Assembly: GCF_004010195.1 (NCBI RefSeq)
Contig: NC_057719.1
Coordinates: forward strand, 46,418,137 to 46,482,136
Reading direction: 5' to 3'
DNA: 64,000 bases
DNA from: Chiloscyllium plagiosum
Lineage: Eukaryota
Shown: piece after piece, positions 39,240 to 52,086 of the stretch
How positions within the stretch are numbered: the stretch's first letter is position 1
Layout: every line of letters begins with the position of its first letter
Notes under the pieces: generated by a model
Told to the model about the DNA's origin: nothing
The model's database searches: none
Seen by the model: the letters and a program-made list of their open reading frames with translations, nothing else
Position numbers and translations under genes: made by a program

Positions 39240-40335
39240 GAATATGAAATAGGGGCAGAAATCGGCCATTTTGCAAGCCTGCTTTACTATTTATCAAGAT
39301 CATGGTTGATCCAATTGAATTTCAAATTTTACATTCCCATCGGCACTGCTAATGTTTGTTTCCCTTGCCGAACAACTATCTGTCTACATTTCATCTATGT
39401 AACAAAAAGTATTGAATAGCTCCTCCTGCAGTGCCTCCTACAACTGCAAAGTTGCCCATCTTTCTGAGAGAAATCAAATTCTCCTCATCTAGTTCCTAAA
39501 AGGGTCACTTTGGATTTTAAAACAGTTCTCTAGTTTTGTACTTCCACAAAAGAGAATATCCTTTCCGCACCCACCTTATCAAACTCATTCAGGATCTTAG
39601 ACAGTTCAATCAAGTTATCTCTTAGTCTTCCAAACTTCAGTAGAATCACACCAACCTGCTCAACTTACCTTCATAAGTCAATTCGCTCATTCTAGGTGTC
39701 GATCCAACAATCCTCTCTGAACTGCTTCCAGTATATCTACATCCTTCCTTAAATAAGGAGACCAAAACTGCACACTGTATTTGAGATATGATCCCGCCAT
39801 TGCCCTAAATCACTGAAGCATAATATCCTTTGTTTATGATTAATTCCTTTTGGTATGGGATGGCATTCCATTAGCCTTCTTCGTTACATTCTACACCTCC
39901 ACACTAACATTTTGTGATTCATGCATCAGCTCACCTAGATTCCAATGGATCTCAGAATTCCAAGATCATTCTGTGTTTCCGTTCTTCCTGCAAAGTGAAC
40001 AATTTCACATTCTCCTACATTCCACTCTCTTAATTCATCTGCAAACTCCTAATGTCTTCTTTATAACATACATTCCACCTGTATTGTGTCACCTGCAAAA
40101 TTAGCTACCAAGTCTTTGCTCTACTCATTTAAATCGTTAATGTAAATTGTAAAATATTGAGGCTTCAGCACAGACCCCCACACAACTCCACTCGTCCAGC
40201 TGATCAGATGAGGACCCTTTATGCATACTCTCTGTTTTCTGTCAGTTGGCCGTGAGTTAATATTTGGATCAATACCTTTTAGTGTGGCACCTTATTGAAT
40301 TCTTTTCAGAAATCCATGTACAATACGTCAATAAG
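39240..40335 (-). mobile_element. Old CR1/L2-type LINE fragment
   Basis: ccttccttaaataaggagaccaaaactgcacactgtatttgaga is the reverse of a LxYxVQFWSPYLRKD-type motif; decayed 3' UTR present. Confidence 0.65.
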
Positions 40336-40889
40336 TTCTCCTTTACTGTAAGTACTGCACATTACACTTTTAACAAAGACCTGTCAGTCCACAGTTCCAT
40401 CAGTTTGGCAAGGTTATGAAAAAAAGAAACAAAAGTTTTTCCACTGAGACACAGCACTCACTGCCGAGAGCATTTCCATCAGTTGACAAGGCACCTCTGT
40501 TTGCAACAAAGGCAAGAACATTCTCTTGATCTATTTATTTTATCATAGTGTCAAAGATTGGCTGTTTGCTAACAATTTCATAATATTGAGCTCCATTCAC
40601 AACTTTTCTACTAACAAAGCAGCTTATGCCAATTTACAATCGAGTTTGTACAACATTCCAGCTTGATAAGTGCCAGGCAATGTTCACCTCACATAAGAGA
40701 CAGGCATATAATGATCTCGTCACAAAGTTGTCTACTATCAAAGTCTTGGATGTTACTATTGCTCAGAAGCTCAATTGCACTAGCTGTATAAACACATAAT
40801 TTGGAGATGCCGGTGTTGGACTGGGGTGTACAAAGTTAAAAATCACACAACACCAGGTTATAGTCCAACAGGTTTAATTGGAAGCACAA

Positions 40890-40921
40890 TAGCTTTCGGA
40901 GCGAAGCTCCTTCATCAGGTG
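40890..40921 (-). ncRNA. Hammerhead ribozyme motif, left arm
   Basis: CAC-CUGAUGA-A-GGAGC(UUC)GCUCC-GAAA-GC-UA; the 3' strand of stem I is disturbed. Confidence 0.6.
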
Positions 40922-41774
40922 ATAGTGGAGGGCTCAATTCTAACACACAGAATTTATAGCACCCACACACACCCTTACAGACACACACACTCACACATGC
41001 ACCCCCTCACAGACTTAAGACACTCTGCACTCATTTTACACATACACACATACACTTTCTCACACTCACAACCCCCAACCCAGACAGAGGGCTCGATCGT
41101 AACACAGAATTTATAGCAAAAATTTGCAGTGTGATGTAACTGAAATTATACATTGAAAAATTGATTCTCTGTTAAGCCTTTCATCATTAGAGTACAGTGA
41201 TAGTTTCACTTCTTTCATGTGTAAATCACAAAACCTTTTTTAAAAGATTTGCATTCTCGGGTTAGCTGTTAACAATGGTGATAGCTAGACAATATGTTGA
41301 AGGTGTTGGCCCCCTGTGTTCTCTGTCTATGCCATGATGTTTAGATTGATTCTAATCTAAAAAGTGAGATAACGGAGTTTTACATAAATTCATGCAGTTT
41401 TTGACCAAAGTACAATGTTACCCTGCAGGGATGTAGAACTCTGAGCCCAAAAACTGCATGAATTTATGTAAAACTCCGTTATCTCACTTTTTAGATTAGA
41501 ATCAATCTAAACATCATGGCATAGGCAGAGAACACAGGGGGCCAACACCTTCAACATATTGTCTAGCTATCACTACTCTTAACAGCTAACCCGAGAATGC
41601 AACTTTTTTAAAAAAAGGTTTTGTGATTTACACATGAAAGAAGTGAAACTATCACTGTACTCTAATGATGAAAGGCTTAACAGAGAATCAATTTTTCAAT
41701 GTATAATTTCAGTTGCTTCACACTGCAAATTTTTTGCTATAAATTCTGTGTGTTAGAATTGAGCCTTCCACTAC

Positions 41775-41809
41775 CACCTGATGAAGGAGTGTCGCTCCGA
41801 AAGCTAGTG
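41775..41809 (+). ncRNA. Hammerhead ribozyme motif, right arm, intact core
   Basis: CAC-CUGAUGA-A-GGAGU(GUC)GCUCC-GAAA-GC-UA^GUG, with palindromic AGCU in stem III. Confidence 0.7.
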
Positions 41810-43887
41810 TGCTTCCGATTAAACCTGTTGGACTATAACCTGGTGTTGTGTGATTTTTAACTATAAACACATACAAAGGGAAACAGAGGCTAGGTAGTGG
41901 CTCATCTGCTTGCCTCTCAATGTCTTGCCATCCTCAATGATGCTCGAGGTAGGAAAATGGTAGTACGCCTGGATGAGAGGTGCTGTGTAACACACAGTAG
42001 TTTGCCTGGCCAGCAATATCATCCCTTGCCTCATATTTACCTTTTCAATCACTAGTGCATCATGGTTGCAGAATGAATAGGCTTCATTGCTGGAATTCAG
42101 TAATGTTGCTTTGATAGCACCTCATTCCTTTGCAACTTCTATCACCAAGTATGGCAGTTCTATAGGCATCAGTGTCACCTTGAAGTTCCCAATAAATTGA
42201 CATAACATCCTCAACTGGATATTTATTGTATTTCTTCATTGTTGCTGAGTCAAAAACTTAGCAAATCTTACATGTCAATAGTGTGGAAGCATTTTCATCA
42301 TAAAGACTTCAGTGGATCAAAAAAAAGACTGACAGATATCTTCTCAGGGCAACTGGATATGGGCACCACCTTCATTCTCATTAGAATCATACAAACAATG
42401 AGAACAAATGCGCAAAATGCTAATGTATAATACATTATGTCTTACTCCCACGAAGCATCAGGTCTGATCCTGATCTGAAGTTAGGTTAACAAATTTCAGC
42501 TGATTGTCCACAGTATCCTAATGCTATCAAAGAGAAAAATGATCTGGACTTTCCACTCCTGCTTACTCTATAGTGATTTTTTGCTGAAAATGTCCATGTG
42601 TTAAGGTGCAGAGCAGGATTGATTTTCAGTGAATAACAGTATTAACCCTCACTGGGGCAGTCAGGGAGAAGCATTTAGATTTCTTTTAACAACATTGATA
42701 CTAATTGGAATGACTCCTTTTCCAATCAATACACAGGTTTTTGGTGAACTTGTTAAGTTACAGACTGAAGAAAATAATATAATTTCATTGAAAGCCATGT
42801 TCCTGAAAACCTGGTTTATGGTAATGTAAATATTATTCTCTGGATAAATAAAAACACATGCATAAAATGTGCTCTTGGAACAAGGAGTGATGATGTCATT
42901 ATTGCAGACATTCTGACCAGTCCTTCAAGGCCAGGAAAATGAGGAACATGATACCAAATGACCGAATCATCTGGGACCTTGCAAATCTGTGCAACACTAC
43001 CAACATAACACATATACCATTTGTTTACATGACAGAACTATTGGATTTCTATTCCACTGGGCAAAGTAATGGCCTTTTACAGACCTTTGCTTAATGTCAA
43101 CTGAGATTAAACAGCTAAAGTTTCAACAATAAAAACGTGGAACCCAGCATGACCAGAGTTGAACCCAGTGTAGAGTTTTTTGGACAAATAACTTCTACAT
43201 TACAATTCTTAACTGTAATCTAAATTAAAATAGAATGCAAAAAATGAGAACCTGAGGAAGTTATCAATGATTTAATCCAAATCAAATAAAACTGTACACT
43301 TGGATCATTTTGACTTGAAGCACTTCCATCTTAGCACCTGCCATTGTCAGCTATAAAGCAGGCAGAATAGGATAAATAATAATCAACCTGAGTAAAAATA
43401 AAATTCCCTTTCCACTTTCTCACATGTCAAGACTTTGCACACAATCAAAATCATTGACACAACTCTCCTTGAGGTTATTAGATCTTTAAAAGAGTGACAA
43501 AAAAGGATATCACAAAAAAAGTGAGATTATCTGGTCATTATCTCATTGTTATTTGTGGAACCTTGCTGCACAATTTAGCTATTGTGCTCCTACATTACAA
43601 CAGGCTAGACTATTAAAATATTCAATTGACTGTAAAGTGCTCTGTGGCCATGAAAGCTTTTATAGAAATGCATGTCCTACATTCTTTTCTTTAATGTATT
43701 TTTACTCAGGTGTAGTACCCAACACTGATCACAGTACTCCTCATGTATTCTGAATAAACCTCTGTATAACAAAAGCATTACTTCTTAATTTTCCTATTTG
43801 AAACATATTAAGTTAAAGGTCAACTTTTATCTTTTCATGCAAATCTTCTACTCTCCTTAGTGGTATGTTTGACGTGGGAAGTGTTGT

Positions 43888-44006
43888 GGAGAAAGTGAGG
43901 ACTGCAGATGCTGGAGATCAGAGCTGAAAATGTGTTGCTGGAAAAGCGCAGCAGGTCAGGCAGCATCCAAGAAGCAGGAGAATCGACATTTCGGGCATGA
44001 GCCCTT
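43888..44006 (-). mobile_element. PLE family A pseudo-LTR fragment
   Basis: gagaaagtgaggactgcagatgctggagatc...gaatcgacatttcgggcatgagccctt, truncated inside the hammerhead. Confidence 0.8.
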
Positions 44007-44099
44007 TGTATAAGGCGATTAGTATTCAAAAGGGTTAACCGAAATCTCAAGATAAACATTCCCCATCAGAATATAAGGAGCTTGTTCCTACATATTAAA

Positions 44100-44391
44100 A
44101 AATACCTTTCAATTTACATATGAAAGAAGTGAAACTAACATGGTCATGTTAACAGATGAGAGACTTAACAATCAATCAAAGTATTTTTCAATCTATAATT
44201 TCAGTTACATCACACTATAAATTTTTGCTATAAATTCTGTGACTTACAATTATGTCCTCCACAACCACCTGATGAAGGAGCGGTGCTCCAAAAGCTAGTG
44301 TGTTTTCAATTAAACCTGTTGGACTATAACCTGGTTTTGTGTGATTTTTAACTTTGTACACCCCAGTCAACACAGGCATCTCCGAATCATG
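44100..44391 (+). mobile_element. PLE family B pseudo-LTR fragment
   Basis: Homologous to 41630-41862. Hammerhead at 44266-44300 has GAAA mutated to AAAA. Confidence 0.8.
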
Positions 44392-44628
44392 TTCTTAGGA
44401 GGAGCCAGCCAGTGTGTGGTGTTACCTGTTTGATTGTTGTTGTTCTCATGCTATGTTCTATATAGCTGAACAGTAAGATGTAATTTACTCTTCAATCTAA
44501 CCTGATGTCTCACAAGAGACGATCATGCAACTTGAATGTAATAGAACTAGTTGTTTAGTAGCATGTAACAAATATATTCTATTCAACAAGACCAAGCCTT
44601 GTTCTTCCAATAATATCTTTTCTCGTGT

Positions 44629-45893
44629 AGGGACAGTCAACATGGTTTTGTGAAGCGTAGATCGTGCCTCACAAACCTTATTGAGTTCTTTGAAATGGTG
44701 ACCAAACAGGTGGATGTGCGTAGAGTGATTGATGTGGTGTATTTGGATTTCAGTAAGGCTTTTGATAAGGTTCCCTTTGGTAGGCTATTGCACAAAATAC
44801 AGGGGCATGGGATTGAGGGTGATTTAGCATTTGGATCAGAAGTTGGCTAGCTGAAAGAAGCCAGAGGGTGGTGGTTGATGGGAAATGTTTATCCTGGAGT
44901 ACAGTTACTAGTGTATTGCAAGGATCTGTTTTGGGGCCACTGCTGTTTGTCATTTTTATAAATGATCTAGATGAGGGTGTAGAAGGATGGACTAGTAAAT
45001 TTGCAGATGACACAAAGGTCGGTAAAGTTGCGGATAGTGCTGAAGGATGTTGTAGGGTACAGAGGGGCATAGATAAGCTGCAGAGCTCAGCTGAGAGGTG
45101 GCAATTGAAGCTTAATGCAGAAAAGTGTGAGATAGTTCACTTTGGAAGGAGCAACAGGAATAAAATGTACTGGATTAATGGTAAGATTCGTGGTAGTGTA
45201 GATGAGCAAAGAGATCTCAGTGTCCAGGTCCATAGATTCCTGAAAGTTACCACTCAGGTTGTTAGGGTTGTTAAGAAAGTATACGGTGCGTTAGCTTTTA
45301 TTGGTAGAGGGATTGAGTTTCAGAGCCTTGAGGTCATGTTGCAGCTGCACATAACTCTGGTGTACCCACACTTGGAGTATTGCGTTCTGGTCACCACATT
45401 ATAGGAAGATGTGCAAGCTTTGGAAAGGGTTCAGAGGAGATTTACTAGGATGTTGCCTGGTGTGGAGGGAAGCTCTTATGATAAAAGGCTGAGGGACTTG
45501 AGGCTGTTTTCGTTTGAGAGAAGAAGGTTAGAGGTGACTTAATTGAGACATACAAGATAATCAGAGGGTTAGATAGGTTGGACAGGGAGAGCCTTTTTTC
45601 CTCGGATGGTGATGACAAGAATGAGGGGACACAATTTAAATTGAGGGGTGATAGATATAAGACAGATGTCAGAGGTAGTTTCTTTACTCAGAGAGTTATA
45701 AGGGGCGTGGAACACACTGCCTGCAACAGTAGTAGACTCACCAACTTTAAGAGCATTTAAATAGTCATTGGATAAACGTATGGATGAAAATGGAATAGTG
45801 TAGGTTAGATGGGCTTCAGATTGGTTCCACAGGTCAGTGCGATGTCGAGGGCCAAAGGGCCTTTACCGCGCTGTAATGTTCTATGTTCTATGT
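44629..45893 (+). mobile_element. CR1 LINE RT and 3' UTR
   Basis: RSCLTNLIEFF...[12 protein letters not shown] and [25 protein letters not shown]; gttctatgttctatg tail. Confidence 0.95.
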
Positions 45894-47065
45894 AGCATTA
45901 GTAACCTAGGCTAATACCACGAAGAAAGACTGGTGACAATGAATCAACCCAAGGTATCTCAGATGGTTCTGGTAGAAACAACCACAACATATACTAGGGA
46001 ATGCATTTAATGGGGTGGGAGAACCGTGGGTGAGTACTACACTCATGTTTAAATGAGCATAAGCCACAGATCAGACTCTATCACTATCAGAATGTTTTGA
46101 GCATGTGCAAGGCCCATAGCAAGCTGAGATATGGCAGAACTGATGCAGACAATTGACTTGATACAGGAACAATTCATGGTTGATGGTAAAAGTAAGGACC
46201 AAGTCGATACCCTACACTGTGTATTGAAAAAATCGAGGATGATGTTTTACAAGACATGGGTTAAATGAAGAGACAGGTGATTCCAACGAGATTATCAGAG
46301 CTTTACATTGCAAAACATTCATTGTGAGATTCGAATTTAATAAACAGAAGCAAAAGCAAGGAGAGGACATAGGTTTGGTTATCAATTATCAAAGCAAATA
46401 CAAGACTTTAAAAGGTGACTAGATTGAAGATTGGATCACAATAGGAGTTTTGGAGGAAATGCTATTGGATTTCTTACTGTCCATGGAAAACTTAACTTTA
46501 ATAAATGCAGTGTAATTAGTGAGAGCAGGGAGTCTTCGTTCAAGGTGATTGATATTTCTTATTGGGGCAGTTCAATAAATGGGGCAGAAAACATGTGAAG
46601 AAGGGGTGGCAAGTGCCATTACACAATGTTCTCACTGTGGCAGGGAGAGGCTACACCATTCTGAAAATTAGCCTGCCAAAACCATGGAGTGCCACACTCC
46701 TGGGAAGGCTGATCACTTTCAAACAGTCTGTCATAATAAGAGGATTCAACCTAGAAAGGAAAAACAATCAGAATGAGCAGCATTCAAGAGATTGAAGAGC
46801 TGGATAGCAGCGAAATTAAGTTCCTGGAGGAAATAAAAACATCAGAAAGGAACAGTTAGAATGCTGAACGGGCACCAATTGCATTTCTAACTTGATAGTG
46901 GAGACCCCTCAGATCCAGTGGAAGACTGAATCAAGAATCCATTCACAGCTTGACTCCAGAGATCAGGAGGAATCCAATTAAAGTAAAAGTGCATTTGAAA
47001 TCACTCAGTTCCTGAAATATTCAAGAGGACATAAACAAATATTTTAGGGGAATTAGAAGGTGTTT

Positions 47066-47273
47066 AGATCAGATTAGATTAGATTCCCTACAGTGTGGAA
47101 AAAGGCCCTTCGGCCTTCCAAAGAGTAACCCACCCAGACGCATTTCCCACTGACTAAAGCATCTAACACTATGGACAATTTAGCATGGCCAATTCACCTA
47201 ACCTGCACATCTTTGGACTAAGGGAGGAAACCAGAGCACCCGGAGGAAACCCGCGCAGCTACAGGGAGAATGT
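47066..47273 (-). mobile_element. HE1-type SINE, 5'-truncated
   Basis: (gatta)n tail and ccaattcacctaacctgcacatctttggact core. Confidence 0.9.
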
Positions 47274-47687
47274 ATTATTTGCCACATAGATTTTAATCCA
47301 AGGTAAAACCAAAATAGAGCACATCAATAGGATAAAGGTAGTACTGGAAACCTTGTAGAAAGCAGCACAACCTTTAAGTGAGAAATGTGAATTCTCAAAG
47401 TCGACAATCATATTCTTGGGCCATATTGTTCAACAAACTGGCATAACAGCTGATGTACAGAGGAAAGGCGCTATTAAAAAGTTTCCATCATTTAGAAATG
47501 TCACAGTACTGCAGGTGTTTATGGAAATAAGCTGAACAGACAAATATTTACCAATCTTGCAAAAATCAATGAACTATTAAGACAAATCCTCAGACGGGAC
47601 CAGGCATGGTGTTGGAATGAAACTCAGCAGCAATACTTTGAAAAGTAAAGGAAATGTTGATATTATCAAAAATTCTATTTCATGATA

Positions 47688-47990
47688 AAAACCAAAATCA
47701 CTGCAGATCCTGGAAATCAGAATCAAAACCAGAAATTACTGGAAAAGCTCAGCAGGTCTGGCAGCATCTGTGGAGAGAAATTAGAGTAATGTTTCGGGTA
47801 CAGTGACCATTTTTCAGAACTGATGGTAACTAGGAAAAGGTTGGTTTTTATGCAGAAGGTAAGGTTGGGGAGAAGGGATAAGGAGTTAACAAGAGGTGGA
47901 GATAGAGCCCAAAGAGAGAGAAAAACAGTTGGACAGACAAAGAAATGGATAACAATCAGCCTGGGAGGATGAATAGCTTTGTATAATTAG
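47688..47990 (-). mobile_element. PLE family D pseudo-LTR fragment
   Basis: Minus-strand agttctgaaaaatggtcactgtacccgaaacatt decayed hammerhead, plus ccacagatgctgccagacctgctgag. Confidence 0.65.
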
Positions 47991-48872
47991 TAGCTATGGC
48001 TACAATGATTATCAGAGTGAAAATACAAACTTGGAGAGCATAGATTCCCAACCACTTCAGAGGGAATTTCAAACAAGATTGGATAAGTGAAAAATACACC
48101 CCAACATTAAAACTTGTAAAACAGAGATGGGGGAAGATATAAGGTGAGGTAACAATTAGATAAAGATACTGACTTAGGAGTGAACACCTAACTATGGAAA
48201 AATATGTCACATATCATCAATCACAATGACAGAGAGACACTGAAAATAAATGCAATAGGGATGTATAGCATAGAAACAGACCCTTCGGTCCAACCTGTCC
48301 ATGCCGTAGAGGCTAAATGTATAAAGTTAATAAGGTGTGAAGAAATACTTAATTTGAAAATACCTCAGACTCCAGCAGTCTTCCTTTAGTAATTCATTAC
48401 ACCCAACCTCCTTCAAAACTAGCCCTAAGACCACAAAGATCAAGGACAGGAAGAGCATGAGGAGATCGTCAAAAATAAGCTGATGCCAGCTGTGAAAGCC
48501 ATTAAGCAACTCTCACACCAGAGAGTCATTAACTTGAAAAATGTTTCCACTGCATTATTATCTTCCTTGTGACCTCTTTTATTTAAACTTTCATATACTG
48601 TGCCTTAAGACCTCTACACACTTACATATTTTCCATTAAGGAGACATAATATCAGCGTTTTAAAAACATTGTCAATTCATATAACTAATGTAGTGCCAAC
48701 AGTTATGGGTACAGTTATAGGTCCCACTCCACAGACTTGAGAATATAACCAGCTGCAACTTCAATGCATTTCTTCAGAAAACGTTTGGAACGTTATTAAA
48801 ATGCACTCCCATATCCTTGGTCAGGTGAACCCTACAGATTCCCTGGCAATATTCAAGAAAGAACAATGGCGT

Positions 48873-49830
48873 TATAGTCATAGAGTCATCGAGATGTACA
48901 GCATGGAAACAGACCCTTTGGTCCATTTGGTCCATGTCGATTATATAACATAAATTAATGTAGTCCCATTTGCCAGCCTTTGGCCCATATACCTCTAAAT
49001 CCTTCCTGTTCATGTACCCAGCCAGATGCCTTTTAAGTGTTGTAATTGTACCAGCCTCCACCTCTTTCTCTGGCAGCTTATTCCATACACTAACCATCAT
49101 CTGCATGAAAAAGTTGCCCCTTAGGTCCCTTTTAAGTCTTTCTCATCTCACCCTAAACCCATGCTTTCTAATTTTGGACTATCCTGCCCTGGGGAAAAGA
49201 ACTTGGCTATTCACCCTATCCAAGCCCCTCACGATTTTATGAACGTCTATAAAATTAGCATGGTTCATCAGTGGTTAGCACTGCTGCCTCACAGTGCCAG
49301 GGACCCGTGCTCGATTCCAGCCTCGGGCGACTGTCTGTGTAGAGTTTGCATGTCTGCGTGGGTTTCCTCCAGGTGCTCCTATTTCCTCCCAAAGATGTGT
49401 AGGTTAGGTGAATTGGTCATGCTAAATTGCCCGTAGTGTTCAGGGATGAGTAGGTTAGGTGCATTAGTCAGGGGTAAATGTAGAGTGTAAGGGTAGGGGA
49501 ATTTAATATAGGATACTCTTCGGAGGGTCGGTGTGGACTTGTTGGGCAAATGGTCTGTCTCCACACTGTCGGGATTCTATAATTAAAAAAAACCCTCAGT
49601 CACCAACAGTGAAAATAGCTCCAGCCTATTCAATCTCCCCCTAAATCTCAAACTCTCCAACCCTGGCAACATCCTTGTAAATCTTTTCTGCATCCTTTCA
49701 AGTTTAATACCATCCTTCCTATAGCAGGGAGATCAGAATTGAATGCAGTATTCCGAAAATTACCTAACCGGTATCCTGTATAGCTGCAACATGACATCCC
49801 AGCTCCTATACTCAATGCACTGACCAATAA
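48873..49830 (-). mobile_element. CR1 LINE 3' fragment, interrupted by an HE1-type SINE
   Basis: VSVWNKLPEKEVEAGTITTLKRHL; the CR1 sequence resumes after 49590. Confidence 0.9.
49257..49580 (+). mobile_element. HE1-type SINE
   Basis: cagtggttagcactgctgcctcacagtgccagggacccgtgctcgattcc head and CR1-like tail. Confidence 0.9.
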
Positions 49831-50252
49831 CGTTCTTCTTACTCAATATTTATCTTTCCATCAATATCACAAGAACAAATCATTTGTTCATTACTATTTT
49901 GCTGTTTGGGGGATCTTGCTGTGGGCAAACTGATTGCTGCTCTTTCCTGCATTATATATCTCTTAACTTTTCTTCAGCTGTAAGGCTCACTGTGACATTC
50001 AGAAATCAGGAAAGACAATATATAGGTGCAAGTTTTTGTCTTGCTTAACAATTCTGACTCAGATCGGGGAAGATTAATATGAGCCTGAGATCACAAGCTG
50101 GGGTGTTTGTCTTGTTGGATACCAACCCAGTATTTAAAGACCACAAAGCAACTTGTAACCCATTGGTGTTGGGAAAGCATTTTTAATTTTTGGATTCAGG
50201 AGCATAAAATAACCCTGACAACTAGACTATGCTGAAAGCCATAGAGCCAACT

Positions 50253-50494
50253 AGGCAAAAGTGAGGATTGGAGATGCTGGAGATTAGAGTCGAGAGTGTG
50301 GTGCTGGAAAAGCACAGCAGGTCAGGCAGCATCCAAGGAGCAGGAAATTCGAATGTGTTGGTGAAGTTGATGAACTGTTCAACCTCCTCATGGGAGCAGA
50401 TTCCTGATGAAGGGCTTTTGTCTGAAATGTCGATTTTCCTGCTGCTTGGATGTTGTCTGACCTGTTGTGCTTTTCCAGCACCATACTGTCGACA
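50253..50494. mobile_element. PLE family A fold-back with a 48-bp RT-coding fragment in the loop
   Basis: Inverted arms. 50351-50398 on the minus strand encodes CSHEEVEQFINFTNTF. Decayed hammerhead at 50404-50431. Flanking direct repeat ctgaaagccatagag at 50232-50246 and 50495-50509. Confidence 0.8.
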
Positions 50495-51782
50495 CTGAAA
50501 GCCATAGAGAGACCAACAGTATTCCCAAGAGTCCCCGACATCCTTCTGACTCAACCTTTACTCTAGCGCTGGTGTTGGTGGGAGAGTATCCCATGTTATT
50601 TGCTCTTGCTCTGTACTGAAAACTTAAAATTGACCCCTATATTCTGTTTTCTATTCACCAGAACTTCCCACAATAGAACTCAAATGTTTCAAGAATGCTA
50701 TGTTAAAACAATAGCTCTCTCATAACAAAGACAATCCTAGGTTTTAAATGGATGAGCTTGAAAGCGGTAAGTATATAGAAGTTGAAAATGAGACTGGGTG
50801 AAGGAAACCATGAATTAAGTACAGTATATGTACTTAGCTTTGAAGGCTTACTGAACAGCTTTCCACCGAACACACTGAATGCTGACTCAGCTGAATATGC
50901 ACATGACAAATGGACAGATTCTGGATTCAGTGGGGAGTTGAGACTTGGCTTCATGCCAAGGTACAGTGTGCTGTATATACAACTAAAAGTATTTATTTAG
51001 TAATCCTGGAACTTTCAAATATTCTCCACTTCATTTCTCAGCCGGAGGAATTCGTCTTGTAAAAGGTTGGCTGCTTTGAATAATAAACTTTACACTCCAG
51101 TAACACACAGGAGAGTGTAGCGATGTGTGGGAGTTAATGTGTATCGTACCTGAACTTTTACATCAAAATGTGGTTTCACAAGGGAAGGGAGACAGACTAC
51201 CAATTCCAGAGGAAATAAAGTGTTTTAAAATTATGCCAGTGTTTCTTATGACTGAAGTAGTTCTAAGTAGTCTTTCCATTCTGCTTCTGTAAAATTCTTT
51301 CAACCTCTGAAAATTTGAACTGAAAAATGTACTATCCGTATTGTAGAAATATGAATTTTGATTTTTTGATTTTCATTCTGGCCATTCAGATATTATTGCC
51401 AGGGTTAAAATAATGCCAAATGGAAATTCCACATGCAAGGAACACTTGGATTTTCAATCAGCAAATTGAAGTTCAAACTTGTCATTCAAACTCTGTTTAA
51501 TTAAGTTGGAAGTTTTATTAGTTCTATAGCGGGATTAAACAAAGTGCTATAACTAGTAACAAAGCTGCACACATTCACATTCATTTTGCAAATAGTGAAC
51601 TGACAATATTTTCTAGCTTAATGGAGGAAAAGATACCTCCCAGCTCAGTTTAGTTGAATTATAGGTTCTACCTGTTGATCACAGAGAGGCAGTGCAAGCA
51701 ATGTGAAACATTGTTTTTCATCTTCATTTTTTTCTACTGTGGTAGTCCCGTGGCATGGAGAGGGACTTGCTGCCATTCTGGT

Positions 51783-52086
51783 TCAGATTAGATTATCTAC
51801 AGTGTGGAAACTGGCCCTTCGGCCCAACAAGTCCACACCGACCCTCCAAAGAGCAACCCACCCAGACCCATTCCCCTACACCTAACACTACAGGCAATTT
51901 AGTATGGCCAATTCACCTAACCTGCACATCTTTGGACTGTGGGAGGAAACCAGAGCACACGGAGGAAATCCATGCAGACACAGGGAGAATGTGCAAACTC
52001 CACACAGACTGTTGCCTGAGGCAGGAACTGAACCGGGTCTCTGATGCTGTGAGGCAGCAATGCTAACCACTGTGCCACCATGCCAC
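51783..52086 (-). mobile_element. HE1-type SINE, full length
   Basis: ggcatggtggcacagtggttagcattgctgcctcacagc head and (gatta)n tail. Confidence 0.9.

Larger units (their letters stand above)
40799..41861. mobile_element. 1.06-kb PLE (family B) fold-back insertion with a hammerhead near each end
   Basis: Arms at about 40833-41403 and 41448-41862 are near-perfect reverse complements around a 44-nt loop. TSD tataaacacata at 40787-40798 and 41862-41873. Confidence 0.85.
45930..48140 (+). mobile_element. Internally deleted Gypsy LTR-retrotransposon remnant (gag, zinc knuckle, RT/RNase H connection)
   Basis: PBS-like tggtgaca near 45931. Manual translation gives RFEFNKQKQKQGEDIG, IEDWITIGVLEEML..MENLTL, HCGR...GKADHFQTVC and EKCEFSKSTIIFLGHIV. 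Polypurine-tract-like sequence near 48130. Interrupted by a SINE and a PLE. Confidence 0.7.
48700..50045 (+). mobile_element. Deu-domain SINE (SacSINE1/AmnSINE-like) split by a CR1 insertion
   Basis: caggtgaaccctacagattccctggcaatattcaagaaagaac [insert] caatatttatctttccatcaatatcac...ttgctgtttgggggatcttgctgtg resembles the Deu core and tail. Confidence 0.55.

Noticed and set aside
44868..45404. 178-aa RT ORF as a functional reverse transcriptase
   Set aside because: It belongs to a 5'-truncated, frameshifted CR1 copy with no endonuclease domain.
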